Assembly (NCBI GenBank): GCA_951406725.2
Contig: OX597817.1
Coordinates: 6,448,001 to 6,512,000 of the forward strand
DNA length: 64,000 nt
Direction: 5' to 3'
DNA from: Octopus vulgaris
Taxonomy: Eukaryota
Shown here: one piece after another, positions 52,838-64,000 of the stretch
How positions within the stretch are numbered: position 1 is the stretch's first letter
Layout of the letters: each line of letters begins with the position of its first letter
Position numbers and translations under genes: made by a program
The notes under the pieces: model-generated
What the model was told of the DNA's origin: nothing
The model's input: only the letters and a program-made list of their open reading frames with translations
The model's database searches: none

Positions 52838-53803
52838 CCTGGTGCAGTCGCTTTCAGGGCTTCTAATCTTAAGTGATTGGAAGTGTTAACGTGTACATGA
52901 TTTGTCTTGAAATAAAAGATGGGCTATAATAAATATTCTGCTCGATACCAAAGGTTTGCTTGTTAGTTACGTGAGCTTAACCAGTTGAACACGTCCCGTA
53001 TAACTGACGAAATGTTCATCTCCGATCACAAAGAGGAGTAGCGAAGAAACATCATAGCTATGTGTTGAGGGAGAAATTTCGGGGTTTGAATAATCCACCT
53101 TTGAAAACATTGACGTTTCGTTCATTATCCTTAAAAATCCTTGTTCTAAAACCATTTAAGCAGAATGGGCCACACGATGTGAAGATACTCCTAACTGAGA
53201 GTCACGTGTACAGTCATGTGCTGTGTATCGTGACATGGGATCACCATGGCTGTGATTTATGTGCCTAGCGGACCCTAATCATACGTGATGAGTGTATTGG
53301 GATTCGCATACTGTTAAGTACCGTGGACATGAACTTAGTGAAGTGTTAGAAAGTATAGAAATAGAAGATGTGGGTCTTTAACATTCAAACTGACAGAATA
53401 TTATATGCTAGAGGGATGATTTAGAAGTAGTAGAGAAAGAGAATAGAAAGTGCTAGGTAACTAATTTAACCGACCCAAATGAGAAGAATGTCAATGTGAG
53501 AAGTATAGAGAAAATAGCAAATTACCAGGACCTATCCATTTAGTTACAGATGTTATGGAAAGTACAGGTAAAATGTATCCCTGTAGTTATAGGTGCAGTA
53601 TGAACTATCCCTAAACATTTAAGCAGATGGGTAGAGGAGATAGGCATCATACCTAGTTTAGCGTAGCTCCAGAAAAGAGTATTATCAGGGAGAGCTAGAA
53701 TACTTAGGGATGTTCTTAGCATCTACGTTTATTTGGCTTAGCCCATTGTCAGAATTTCTTTCCTATTACTTTAATCTGCTGTGTGTAAATGTAATAATAA
53801 TAA
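52838..53803 (+). mobile_element. Internally deleted R4/Dong-like element: non-coding segment plus RLE endonuclease remnant
   Basis: 52838-53310 is homologous to 26952-27510. 53343-53722 translates to DLEVVEKENRKC..EKIANYQDL..LWKVQVKCIPVVIGAV*TIPKHL..LQKRVLSGRARILRDVLS. (TAA)n at ~53792. Confidence 0.85.
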
Positions 53804-53804
53804 T

Positions 53805-54018
53805 GATGACTTCAAATTTTCGCACAAGACAAGCAATTTCGGATGAGGGATTAAGGGGATTACATCAACCCCAGTGCTCAGCTGATACTAATTTAATCGA
53901 CCCTGAAATGATGAAAGGCACAGTCGTTCTCGATAGAATTTAGAATCAGAACGTAAAAACGGACGAAATGCCACTAAACATTTTACCTGGTGCAGTAACT
54001 ATTCTGCCAGCTTTCCGC
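53805..54018 (-). mobile_element. SINE family A, diverged
   Basis: ttcaaattttcgcacaag...atcaaccccagtgctcagctgatactaatttaatcgaccc...attctgccagct. Confidence 0.75.
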
Positions 54019-54384
54019 TGGCAGAATTTTGTGAGAAATGATGGGCTAGTCATTACATCAAACCCCAGTGTTCAATTTCCGCTAAACATTTTCATCCGTC
54101 TTTACTTTCTGAATGAAAATTATGGTATCATTACATTTGTTTCAATTATTGATTTTATCATACGAATTGTTATACAATGATGTACAGTGTACACTATCAA
54201 TATGGTTATGCAATACAGCATGTATAAACTTTCAGCTTTTCAGATAATACCATCTAGTGTATATTATGGTATATCACATTCGGCGAATAGAATGTGATAT
54301 ATACCATTATGTGGAATTCAATCTAAAACAATTTCTTAATGACAAAAAATGAAACCATACCATTGAATCCATTCGCCTGTTTTA

Positions 54385-54613
54385 TTTTACTCTTTTACTC
54401 TTTTACTTGTTTCAGTCATTTGACTGCGGCCATGCTGGAGCACCGCCTTTAATAGAGCAACTCGACCCCGGGACTTATTCTTTGTAAGCTCAGTACTTAT
54501 TCTATCGTTCTCTTTGGCCGAACCGCTAAGTGACGGGGACATAAACACACCAGCATTGGTTGTTAAGCAATGCTAGGGGGACAAACACAGACATACAAAC
54601 ATATACACACACA

Positions 54614-54655
<42 letters not shown>

Positions 54656-54822
54656 TACGACGGGCTTCTTTTCAGTTTCCGTCTACCAAATCCACTCACA
54701 AGGCTTTGGTCGGCCCAAGGCTATAGTAGAAGACACTTGCCCAAGGTGCCACGCAGTGGGACTGAACCCGGAACCATGTGGTTGGTAGACAAGCTACTTA
54801 CCACACAGCCACTTTTGCGCCT
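54385..54822 (-). mobile_element. SINE family C, full length
   Basis: Very similar to 18513-18960 over its whole length. Confidence 0.92.
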
Positions 54823-55816
54823 ATTATTGATATATTATGCGAAAGTAGCATTTATCTTTGGATTCTACTGGATTTGCGGAATATCAATAATCTTACTCTT
54901 AGTGATGCCTCTTTCGCTGCTGGAATGGATTGTTTAATCCGTTGATCTGTGTCATTCTACCAAACCAGCATATGTAGCAATGTGCATTACTTTTGATTTT
55001 ACTTGGTCTATTCATTAGATATTTGACGAATTTACATACGTGCAAGAGAGTGGTCACAATCAGAACGTCTGTCTTCATAGCGGTTATGCACCAAATTTGA
55101 CCTGATTGTAAACAAGTCTTTCCTGAAAATGGACAGTTTTTGAGCTAACATCAGTAAACACATTATCTTAAACTTATTGATGTTGAAAGTATAACAGCAG
55201 CATTAATTATATTTTGAATGCTTTAATAATTAAATTTATCTCAAGAATAATTTTTTGTCAATCACTCGATAACAAGAAAAAACAAAGTCCCTCTATTATC
55301 TCAAGAAGGAAAACAAATTAGAAAAATATTTTATTAATGGAAATTAATTAAAGAAATGAAGCTAATTTATTCCTAATCATATTTGTACTCGCAGAATTTT
55401 GAAGAGAAAACAGAATTTAAATAACTAAGGAGAGTAATAATATTAATTAAAAATGACTAATAATAAACAAAATATATATTCAAATAACCAATTCTAAGTT
55501 CATTCTATAAAATTAATTTTTCTCTAATCAGTATATTAATTTCGGTTGAGCGTATGTGGTGAAAATTTTTATGGAAACAGATTACAAATTATATACATAT
55601 ACATATCTATTACACATGCATATGTATATACATGTATACGCGCACACATGCACACACATGCACAGATCGCACATACTCACGCATAATATACATAATACTT
55701 TTAATGTAGTTTGGTACAAATATATAATATATAGCTCCAGAATTCGCCATATAAGATATGTGTAAATATATACACACATGCACACACGCACACGCACATA
55801 CAAACATACATATATT

Positions 55817-56167
55817 GGAGACCTCCTTCGGTCACGAATGACCATGGGATTGCACCTAGAAAGTTACTCTCAGCGGTACAAGTCCGGGCAAGGTTGTTTA
55901 TGGAAGACCAGCAGTCGCAAATGTATATCATCCTCTTCTCTCCTCGCCACTGATGTTATCCAAGGGAAAGGCAAAGGGGCCGATACAGCTTGGCCCCAGT
56001 GATGTCGCAACTCATTTCTAGTGCTGAGTGAACTGGAGAAACAGGAAAGTAAAGTGTCTTGCTCAAGAATACAAATTAAAAATACAACACGCAGCCCGGC
56101 CCGGGATTCGAACTTACAACCTCACAGTCGTAAGTTCTACGCTCTATCCACTGAGTCATGCGCCTTC
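55817..56167 (-). mobile_element. tRNA/CORE-type SINE family D
   Basis: Minus-strand head gaaggcgcatgactcagtggatagagcg..gttcgaatcccggg, CORE-like ttcttgagcaagacacttt, 3' end gcaatcccatggtcattcgtgaccgaagg. Confidence 0.85.
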
Positions 56168-56419
56168 ACATATATACATATATACACCCACATATGTTCA
56201 TAAGTACATATTTACTACACCACACTTAAAAAATGAAGCACTCGGATCTTTTACATGACAATATGTCACAATGCATTTGTCATACCTGAATTAATACTAA
56301 TATTCAGGATACTTGAATTGTCTGTAAATATTAAAACCTGGAGGATTCTGATATCAAATAGAGATTTCCTCAGAAAGCGATATCGACAGACCGTACCTGA
56401 GAGCGGACGAAGGATTTAG

Positions 56420-57145
56420 ATGCTTAGGCTCAGTACACACAACATTAGAATATTGTAGTACCGGTTAAACAACGGCAGCAAATATACATACATAAACCTA
56501 GCACTGAAAAATAAGAGAACAACATGAAGCGTTTCGGCAGCGAACTTCCTTGGAAGCACTTTCTTTCTGATACTAATAATCTCGCATACAATCCCAAAAA
56601 GATGAACTTCTAAGACTACGTGAAAGGGAAATACTTAACATAGAATAAATAAATAAATAAATTAGGAGTGGCTCTGTGGTAAGTAGCTTGCTTACCGACC
56701 ACATGGTTCCGTGTTCAGTCCCACTACGTGGCACCTTGGGCAAGTGTCTTCTACTATAGCCTCGGGCCGGCCAAAGCCTTGTGAGTAGATTTGGTAGACG
56801 GAAACTGAAAGAAGTCAGTCGTATATATGTATATATATGCATATATATGTATATGTTTGCGTGTCTATGTTTGTTCCCCAACATCGCTTGACAACCGATG
56901 CTGGTGTGTTTACGTCCCCGTAACTTAGTAGTTTCGGCAAAAGGGACCGATAGAACAAGTACTAGGCTTACAAAGAATAAGTTCTGGAGTCGATTTGCTC
57001 TACTAAAAAGCGGTGCTCCAGCATGGTCGCATCCAAATGACTGAAACAAGTAAAAGATTAAAGAGTAAAAAAAGAGTAAATAAATATATAGAATATTATG
57101 CATGAGTATGTTTCCAGACGGCTTGAAGATGAGAGTAATATCGAC
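56420..57145 (+). pseudogene. Penelope-like GIY-YIG endonuclease C-terminal remnant, interrupted by a SINE
   Basis: With the SINE removed the sequence reads LRLREREILNIEY / MSMFPDGL, like the PLE terminus RExxWIxxLxTxxPxGLN. HNIRIL*YR lies upstream. Confidence 0.5.
56664..57080 (+). mobile_element. SINE family C, full length
   Basis: aggagtggctctgtggtaagtagc...gcaccttgggcaagtg...gactgaaacaagtaaaag. Possible TSD atagaata at 56640-56647 and 57088-57095. Confidence 0.92.
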
Positions 57146-57404
57146 GTGGAACCCTTCTTGAACTCTGTATATCATGAACGGTTTATCACGTCACATTTCG
57201 GATGCTATGCGTTTCAACATTAAAATCAATAGATCGTTACAAAATACGTAGTAACAGACACAGAAATCTATGGGGCTGCAAGATGTAATTGAAAATGTCG
57301 TTTATGTCACATATATGTGGAATATACATCATTTACACAAAAAGATCATGTTACTACCTTTCTACGCGAAATGACATTGTCCCTAAATTAATATGCAACG
57401 CAAT

Positions 57405-57795
57405 GTGGAGGCGCAATGGCCCAGTGGTTAGGGCGGACTCGCGGTCATAGGATCGTGGTTTCGATTCCCAGACCGGGCGTTGTGAGTGTTTATTGAGCGA
57501 AAACACCTAAAAGCTCCACGAGGCTCCTGCAGGGGTTGGTGGTGATCCCTGCTGTACTCTTTCGCCTCAACTTTCTCTCACTCCACTCTTACTTCCTGTT
57601 TCTGTTGTACCTGTATTTCAAGGGGCCGGCCTTGTCACTCTCTGTGTCACGCTGAATATCCCCGAGAACTACGTTAAGGGTGCACGTGTCTGTGGAGTGC
57701 TCAGCCACTTACACGTTAATTTCACGAGCAGGCTGTTCCGTTGATTCGGATCAACCGGAACACTCGTCGTCGTAACCGACGGAGTGCTAGAGAGG
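57405..57795 (+). mobile_element. SINE family B, full length, with TSD
   Basis: gtggaggcgcaatggcccagtggttaggg...; 12-bp TSD atgcaacgcaat at 57393-57404 and 57796-57807. Confidence 0.93.
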
Positions 57796-58174
57796 ATGCA
57801 ACGCAATCCGTAAAAGAATAGCTGTCCTGGGATAAAAACAAGGTCTCACCAAACACATACATAAACATCAACATTAGGAATATTGGTGGAGCATTCATAT
57901 CAAAGCGTCTACCAGGTGCCAGCATAAATGGCAGAATATCGTTGTTTGGATATGTATGTACCACCATACACATCAGCTGCCTTGCTTGTGTGAATATCTC
58001 TTTCGAAATCGAAGAGAAAGAAAATTAACGCAACTGCTTCGAAACGTCTTGCTGCTATACTCAGAATATATATCTACAGTTTCGCCAATAATCATTTGTA
58101 CACTTTTCTCAGTGAATGGACGGGTGCTAATCTGTGAAAGATGGGGATTTTTGAAAAAGATGTCATTTAGCATG

Positions 58175-58972
<798 letters not shown>

Positions 58973-59134
58973 CATGCTGAGTAAAACAACAGTTGCAATA
59001 AACAATTAACTCCAACAAAATATGTTAACTGCTCCATTATTTTCTCCAGTTACAGAAATGTATAAATGTAAAGAAATTGCTTTAGGAATTAGAGTATTCG
59101 GCCCATCAGCAAAAGTTTGTGAGTTCTCTTCTAG

Positions 59135-59335
59135 GTGATGCGTAGTTTCCTACAGCAAGACAATTTATTTCACATTGCCTCAGTCCACTCACCTGTCAAA
59201 AATTAGCTATATCTGTATTTCCAAGGGCTACCCTTGTCACATTCTGTGAAAACTACGTTAAAATGTATGCGGTTTTATGGAGTGGTCAGCCAATTATTGT
59301 TAATTCCAGGACGGAAAATTCGGTTTGTGTTCCTT
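59135..59335 (+). mobile_element. Old SINE related to family B
   Basis: ctgtatttccaagggctacccttgtcacattctgtg..aactacgttaa..ggagtggtcagcca matches the family B 3' half. Confidence 0.55.
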
Positions 59336-60051
59336 CCATTGGAAAGACGATAATTTCGACGAATGAATAATAAAGTATGCTTTATGGTATTTGGTATAAT
59401 TGTCTTAGTCTTTCCTGTCCAAATTTGTTTCTAGACAGTCTCACTTTTTCCCATAATGAATACACTTTTTGGTTTCATTATGGAAATTATCCCGACCTAT
59501 ATCTCAACGGAATCCCGATATGACATTTATGAACTAATGACGCCTGTTGAAGCAGAAACGTTCACGTGTGTCTTTCTCTCTCCAATAGAAGCGACTCTCT
59601 TTTCTCCAATGGCGCGTTAACTCCAGAGATCTTTCATTGCTTTGAAAATACTCTCACCTTTTCACACACAGTCAATCGCAGTTTCTGATAAGTGTACGCT
59701 TGCTTTCACTCATACATCAATGATTTATGATGTACACTATCTAGCATTGTTTCTGAGTGTCTTTTCCGACTGTTTCTGTATGTATATATGTGTGTGTGTA
59801 TGTATATATGTGTGTGTATGTGTGTGTTTGTGTGTGTGTATAGATATATCTGTATATAGATGTATATGTATATGTATAATAAATCCAAGATACTAAATGC
59901 GAAAACTAATTTCTGTGTGTCAGTGTGTCACACTTCGACCCCCCTCTCACAGTTCATTGACACTTCTATTATTGCTTATGCTGTGATAAGTGTAATAGTA
60001 GGTATAGAGTCGGTGAGGGTGGTGGTTAATAGAGAAGAGGGAGAGAGAGCG

Positions 60052-60086
<35 letters not shown>

Positions 60087-61031
60087 AAAGAGAGGTAGGG
60101 AAAGAGAGAGACAAAGAAATTTAGGGAGAGTTGATAATGTATTTATTAAAAGTAGTAGTGTTGATATTGGCAGTGGGAGTAATAATAAGAGAGAGAGAAA
60201 GTGTGGGTATGTGAGAGAAAGAGGGACTGAACATTGAACCAACATAATGAACTAACATACTGAACGAACACAATTCTTTTACACACACATTAGTCTTTTC
60301 GTGATAGTAATGGTGTGATCGTAATAGTATGGGGTGTATTAGTGATAGAGGCGGAGGCGGTGGTGATAATTGTGATGGTGGTGGTGGTGGTGGTGGTGGG
60401 CGAGACGGTCAGGGATGACGGTAAGAGAGTAAATGATGTGAAAGACAGTAGTGTTAGTGGCGGAGGGGAAGGCGGCAAAGTCAAAAGTATTCATGATGGT
60501 GGTGTCAGAAGTCTGAATGCTGTACGTATCGCACGCAGAAGTGGCGGTAATAGCGGTGGTTATCATGCAGCTTTGCAATAAATTCCAAGTCGACAAACTA
60601 TAGCATTCTTTTGATAATTGTTCATTGTTTCGTGTTCAAGTTTAATAAAATTTAATATATATTTAATGTAAGAAGTGTCGTTGATGGGCCTAATGAAAAG
60701 CCTTCCAGCGAGCGAGCTTAAAAGCTTTTAAGTTAATATATATATATGTATGTGCGTGTGTGTATGTGTGTGTGTGTGATAATTAACTAAGTAGCCAGAA
60801 GATGGATTTGATATTAATTTGCACAAAATAAAGGATTAAAGCAAATCCATTTTCTGCTTACTTAATCAATTATCATTATCTCAACTAACACCGCGGACTT
60901 CCTGAAGTACATGCAAAGGAAATATACCCCCGACTGCAGATGACACCAGGCAGCCCAAACCGTGCCAGTGCTCTACTCAACACTTCAATACACTAATCGA
61001 CATATACCCATCAGTCCATATATATATATAT

Positions 61032-61361
61032 ACTCTTGCTCTTTACTCTTTTACTTCTTTCAGTCATTTGACTGCGGCCATGCTGGAGCACCGCCTTTAA
61101 TCGAGCAACTCGACCCCAGGACTTATTCTATCGTTCTCTTTGGCCGAACCGCTAAGTAACGGAGACATAAACACACCAGCATCGGTTGTCAAGCAATGCT
61201 AAGGGAACAAACACAGACACACGAACACACACGAACACACACACACATATATATATATATACATATAAACGACGGGCTTCTTTCAGTTTCCGTCTACCAA
61301 ATCCACTCACAAGGCTTTGGTCGGCCCGAGGCTATAATAGAAGACACTTGCCCAAGGTGCC
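61032..61361 (-). mobile_element. SINE family C, 5'-truncated
   Basis: Aligns with 54385-54750 and stops at cccaaggtgcc, so the tRNA head is missing. Confidence 0.9.
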
Positions 61362-62163
61362 TCATATATATATATGTGTGAGTGTGTGTGTGTGTGTGTA
61401 CATACATACGCATATGTGTGTGAGAGTGAGAGAGAAAGAGAGAGAGAGATCATGGGTGTACGTGCAATAGTTGGGCGGTTAAGACGCTTATTTTGTAACT
61501 ACATGAATCGATATTTAATCCACCGCGCAGCACCTCGGGTAAATATCTCCTACTGCAGACTCGAAGCGTACCAATGACTTGGATGTGAATTTACTAATCG
61601 AAAACTGTGTTAAAGCCCTTCGTCTACGGGTATATATGTGTGCGTGTGTATGTGTGTGCATATTTTCGTGTATATATGTGTATCTCTGTGTTTACGTTTG
61701 TTCCTCCATTCGCTTGTTTATGTTCCGTAACTTAGCTATTCAGCAAAATAAAAAAGACAACTATAAAATGATTTACAAGGTAGGCACTGGGATAAATTCT
61801 TTTATCTAAACACTTCAAGTTGGTGTGCTAGAATCGTTACAGGTCAAAGACTAAAGATACAAATAATGTTTTAAAATGTTAACACAAGGCTAGCAATTTT
61901 CTTCAGAGGATCAAGACGATTACATTGCCCCCGGTGCTCAACTAGTGCTTATTTCATCAACCTCTGAAGAATGAAAGTCGATACATGTGTGTGAGTGTGT
62001 GTGTGTAGATATATAGATACACGCACACACACATATATATATATAGTCAAAATAAGCAACAAGGATATCCAAAGGTAGTGTGGTACAATCGTTTCATGCT
62101 AAATCTAAATTTTTACTGAACTTATATACATATATATATATAAGTACATGCATACACACACAC

Positions 62164-62263
<100 letters not shown>

Positions 62264-62299
62264 ACTAGTAGACACATCACTGTTCTGTAATCGGTGCGC

Positions 62300-62347
62300 A
62301 TTCAAAGTAGTGATCAGTAATCTTACGAAACCGGTATGCTTTTGAAT
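62300..62347 (+). ncRNA. Minimal type I hammerhead ribozyme motif, G3-C8 variant
   Basis: attcaaagta GTGATCA gta atct tac GAAA ccgg TA tgcttttgaat. Stem I has one G.U pair and one bulge; palindromic tetraloop. Lies in a ~235-bp unit between (TA)n runs. Confidence 0.72.
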
Positions 62348-62512
62348 CTCTTTAACAATTCACAATGACTTTTATTACTTTTATTCTTACCTCAGTTTAT
62401 CGAATTGTATATATGCATCGTTACTTTTCATAAAAAGCCTTTACTTTTCTTGATTTTCAATGTGCATTTTCGGTTATTTTTCATCTTACTTGCCCCTATA
62501 TATATATATATA

Positions 62513-62660
62513 TGTATCTGTATATTCAAACATGCACAGAATATTGGTTGACACAGAGTGCTATAATCCATATAAATATACACCAAAGACTGTACATTTA
62601 TATGGATTATAGTACTCTGTGTCAACCAATATTCCGTGCATGTTTGAATATACAGATACA
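62513..62660. repeat. Near-perfect palindrome, 70-bp arms with 8-nt loop
   Basis: 62513-62582 pairs with 62591-62660 with three A/G differences. Confidence 0.95.
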
Positions 62661-63123
62661 GTACCAATATCAATTCCTTCTGGAAACTATCTTAAGTATG
62701 TCCTTGGGAGCGATTATTGATGTAATCTTTTTTGCCCAATATTTTAAGGAACTTGTTGAACTTTTTTATGTCCTTAACATGTCCCTGTTACCAAAGACTG
62801 TATATATATATGTACTCTAGCAATTTGCAACAACCAATAATTAACGCAACCAAACCTCCACATGTTACTTTTGACAATCTTTTTCCAAAGAGTGAAACCG
62901 GTAAAGTAAATAAACATCTTTTAAATTGCATTTTCAAAACTTCTTTCGTATATATATATATATATTTAAATTAATTTTATGTATTGGCTTATGTATTTCA
63001 TTGTTTGATTTGCCTAATAGGGATTTTATCTCTAATTTAATATAATATAATATATTTATACTATAAAATTGGATTTAATCCTAAATCTAATTTTTCCCTG
63101 TAAGTTTTGATTTATTCCCTAAT

Positions 63124-63182
<59 letters not shown>

Positions 63183-63698
63183 GCGTATACATACATAATG
63201 CCTGCATGCATAGATGGATAGATAGATTGATAGATAGATGCATAGATATATACATACATACATACATACTTACATAGGCAGGTGTAAATTTGCGAATGCA
63301 TATATGGAAGCATTCAGAGTGAAATGATCATGTCTGAATGGCATGAACAGAAAAATATAATCTAACTAATAAAATATTACAAAGTAAAATGATTGAATAG
63401 GAATTAAAATATAGCGTGCGACGTACACCAGAAGAACAGAGCATAGAGGTAATAGACGATGATTATTGTCAAGTGGTGAAGCTACAACTATACATTAGAC
63501 TCATATGTCTATAGATTCGACAAACAAAACATGCAAAACTGTACAGAATTTAAGTTTCATCCAGCTGTCATGGGCTCACATGTTACATTGACACCGATGT
63601 TACATTACTTGAAGGATTATCCTACACTGAACTGAATATTCTATATGTTTCCATATATATGCAAGGATATACATATCTAAAAATATTTCTGTATATCT

Positions 63699-63766
<68 letters not shown>

Positions 63767-64000
63767 CTTCTTATTTTACTGTTATCATTTCTTAAATATA
63801 GCCACGAAACACGTGTACTTGTTCTACTAAATTTATACGTTTATATATATATATAGGAAAGAGGGTTTGAAAATGCAGAGCTCTTACAAAGATGTTTATA
63901 TGCTATAATTTTTCACACACAGCATTCTTAGCATTCTCGAAGTTTCAGCTCGGCATTGTATCTATTACTGACTGTAAATGCGCCTGCGCGCGATATTTGA

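Overview
AT-rich, microsatellite-dense eukaryotic non-coding DNA. The SINE, MITE, Helitron and LINE families look like those of an octopus genome; this is inferred from recognising the repeats, not from a database search. I find no intact protein-coding gene. Almost all ORFs in the supplied track are translations of (TA)n, (CA)n or trinucleotide arrays or of repeats, and there is one weak exon-like candidate at about 29.3-29.5 kb. The window holds at least four tRNA-headed SINE families (several with clear target-site duplications, TSDs), decayed R4/Dong-type, CR1, RTE-like and L1/Tx1-like LINE fragments, and Penelope-like (PLE) GIY-YIG remnants. It also holds two short non-autonomous Helitrons, a Helitron helicase pseudogene and a TTAA-flanked MITE. 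The most notable signal is a set of sequence-unrelated type I hammerhead-ribozyme (HHR) motifs in small repeat units, most of them abutting (TA)n arrays. One is a canonical-core HHR inside a 553-bp partial tandem. Two independent minimal HHRs have the core C3-G8 pair swapped to G3-C8. A ~141-145-nt HHR unit is present as two oppositely oriented, circularly permuted monomers. Together these suggest PLE pseudo-LTR or retrozyme (circular RNA) families. All folds were read by eye and none has been tested.
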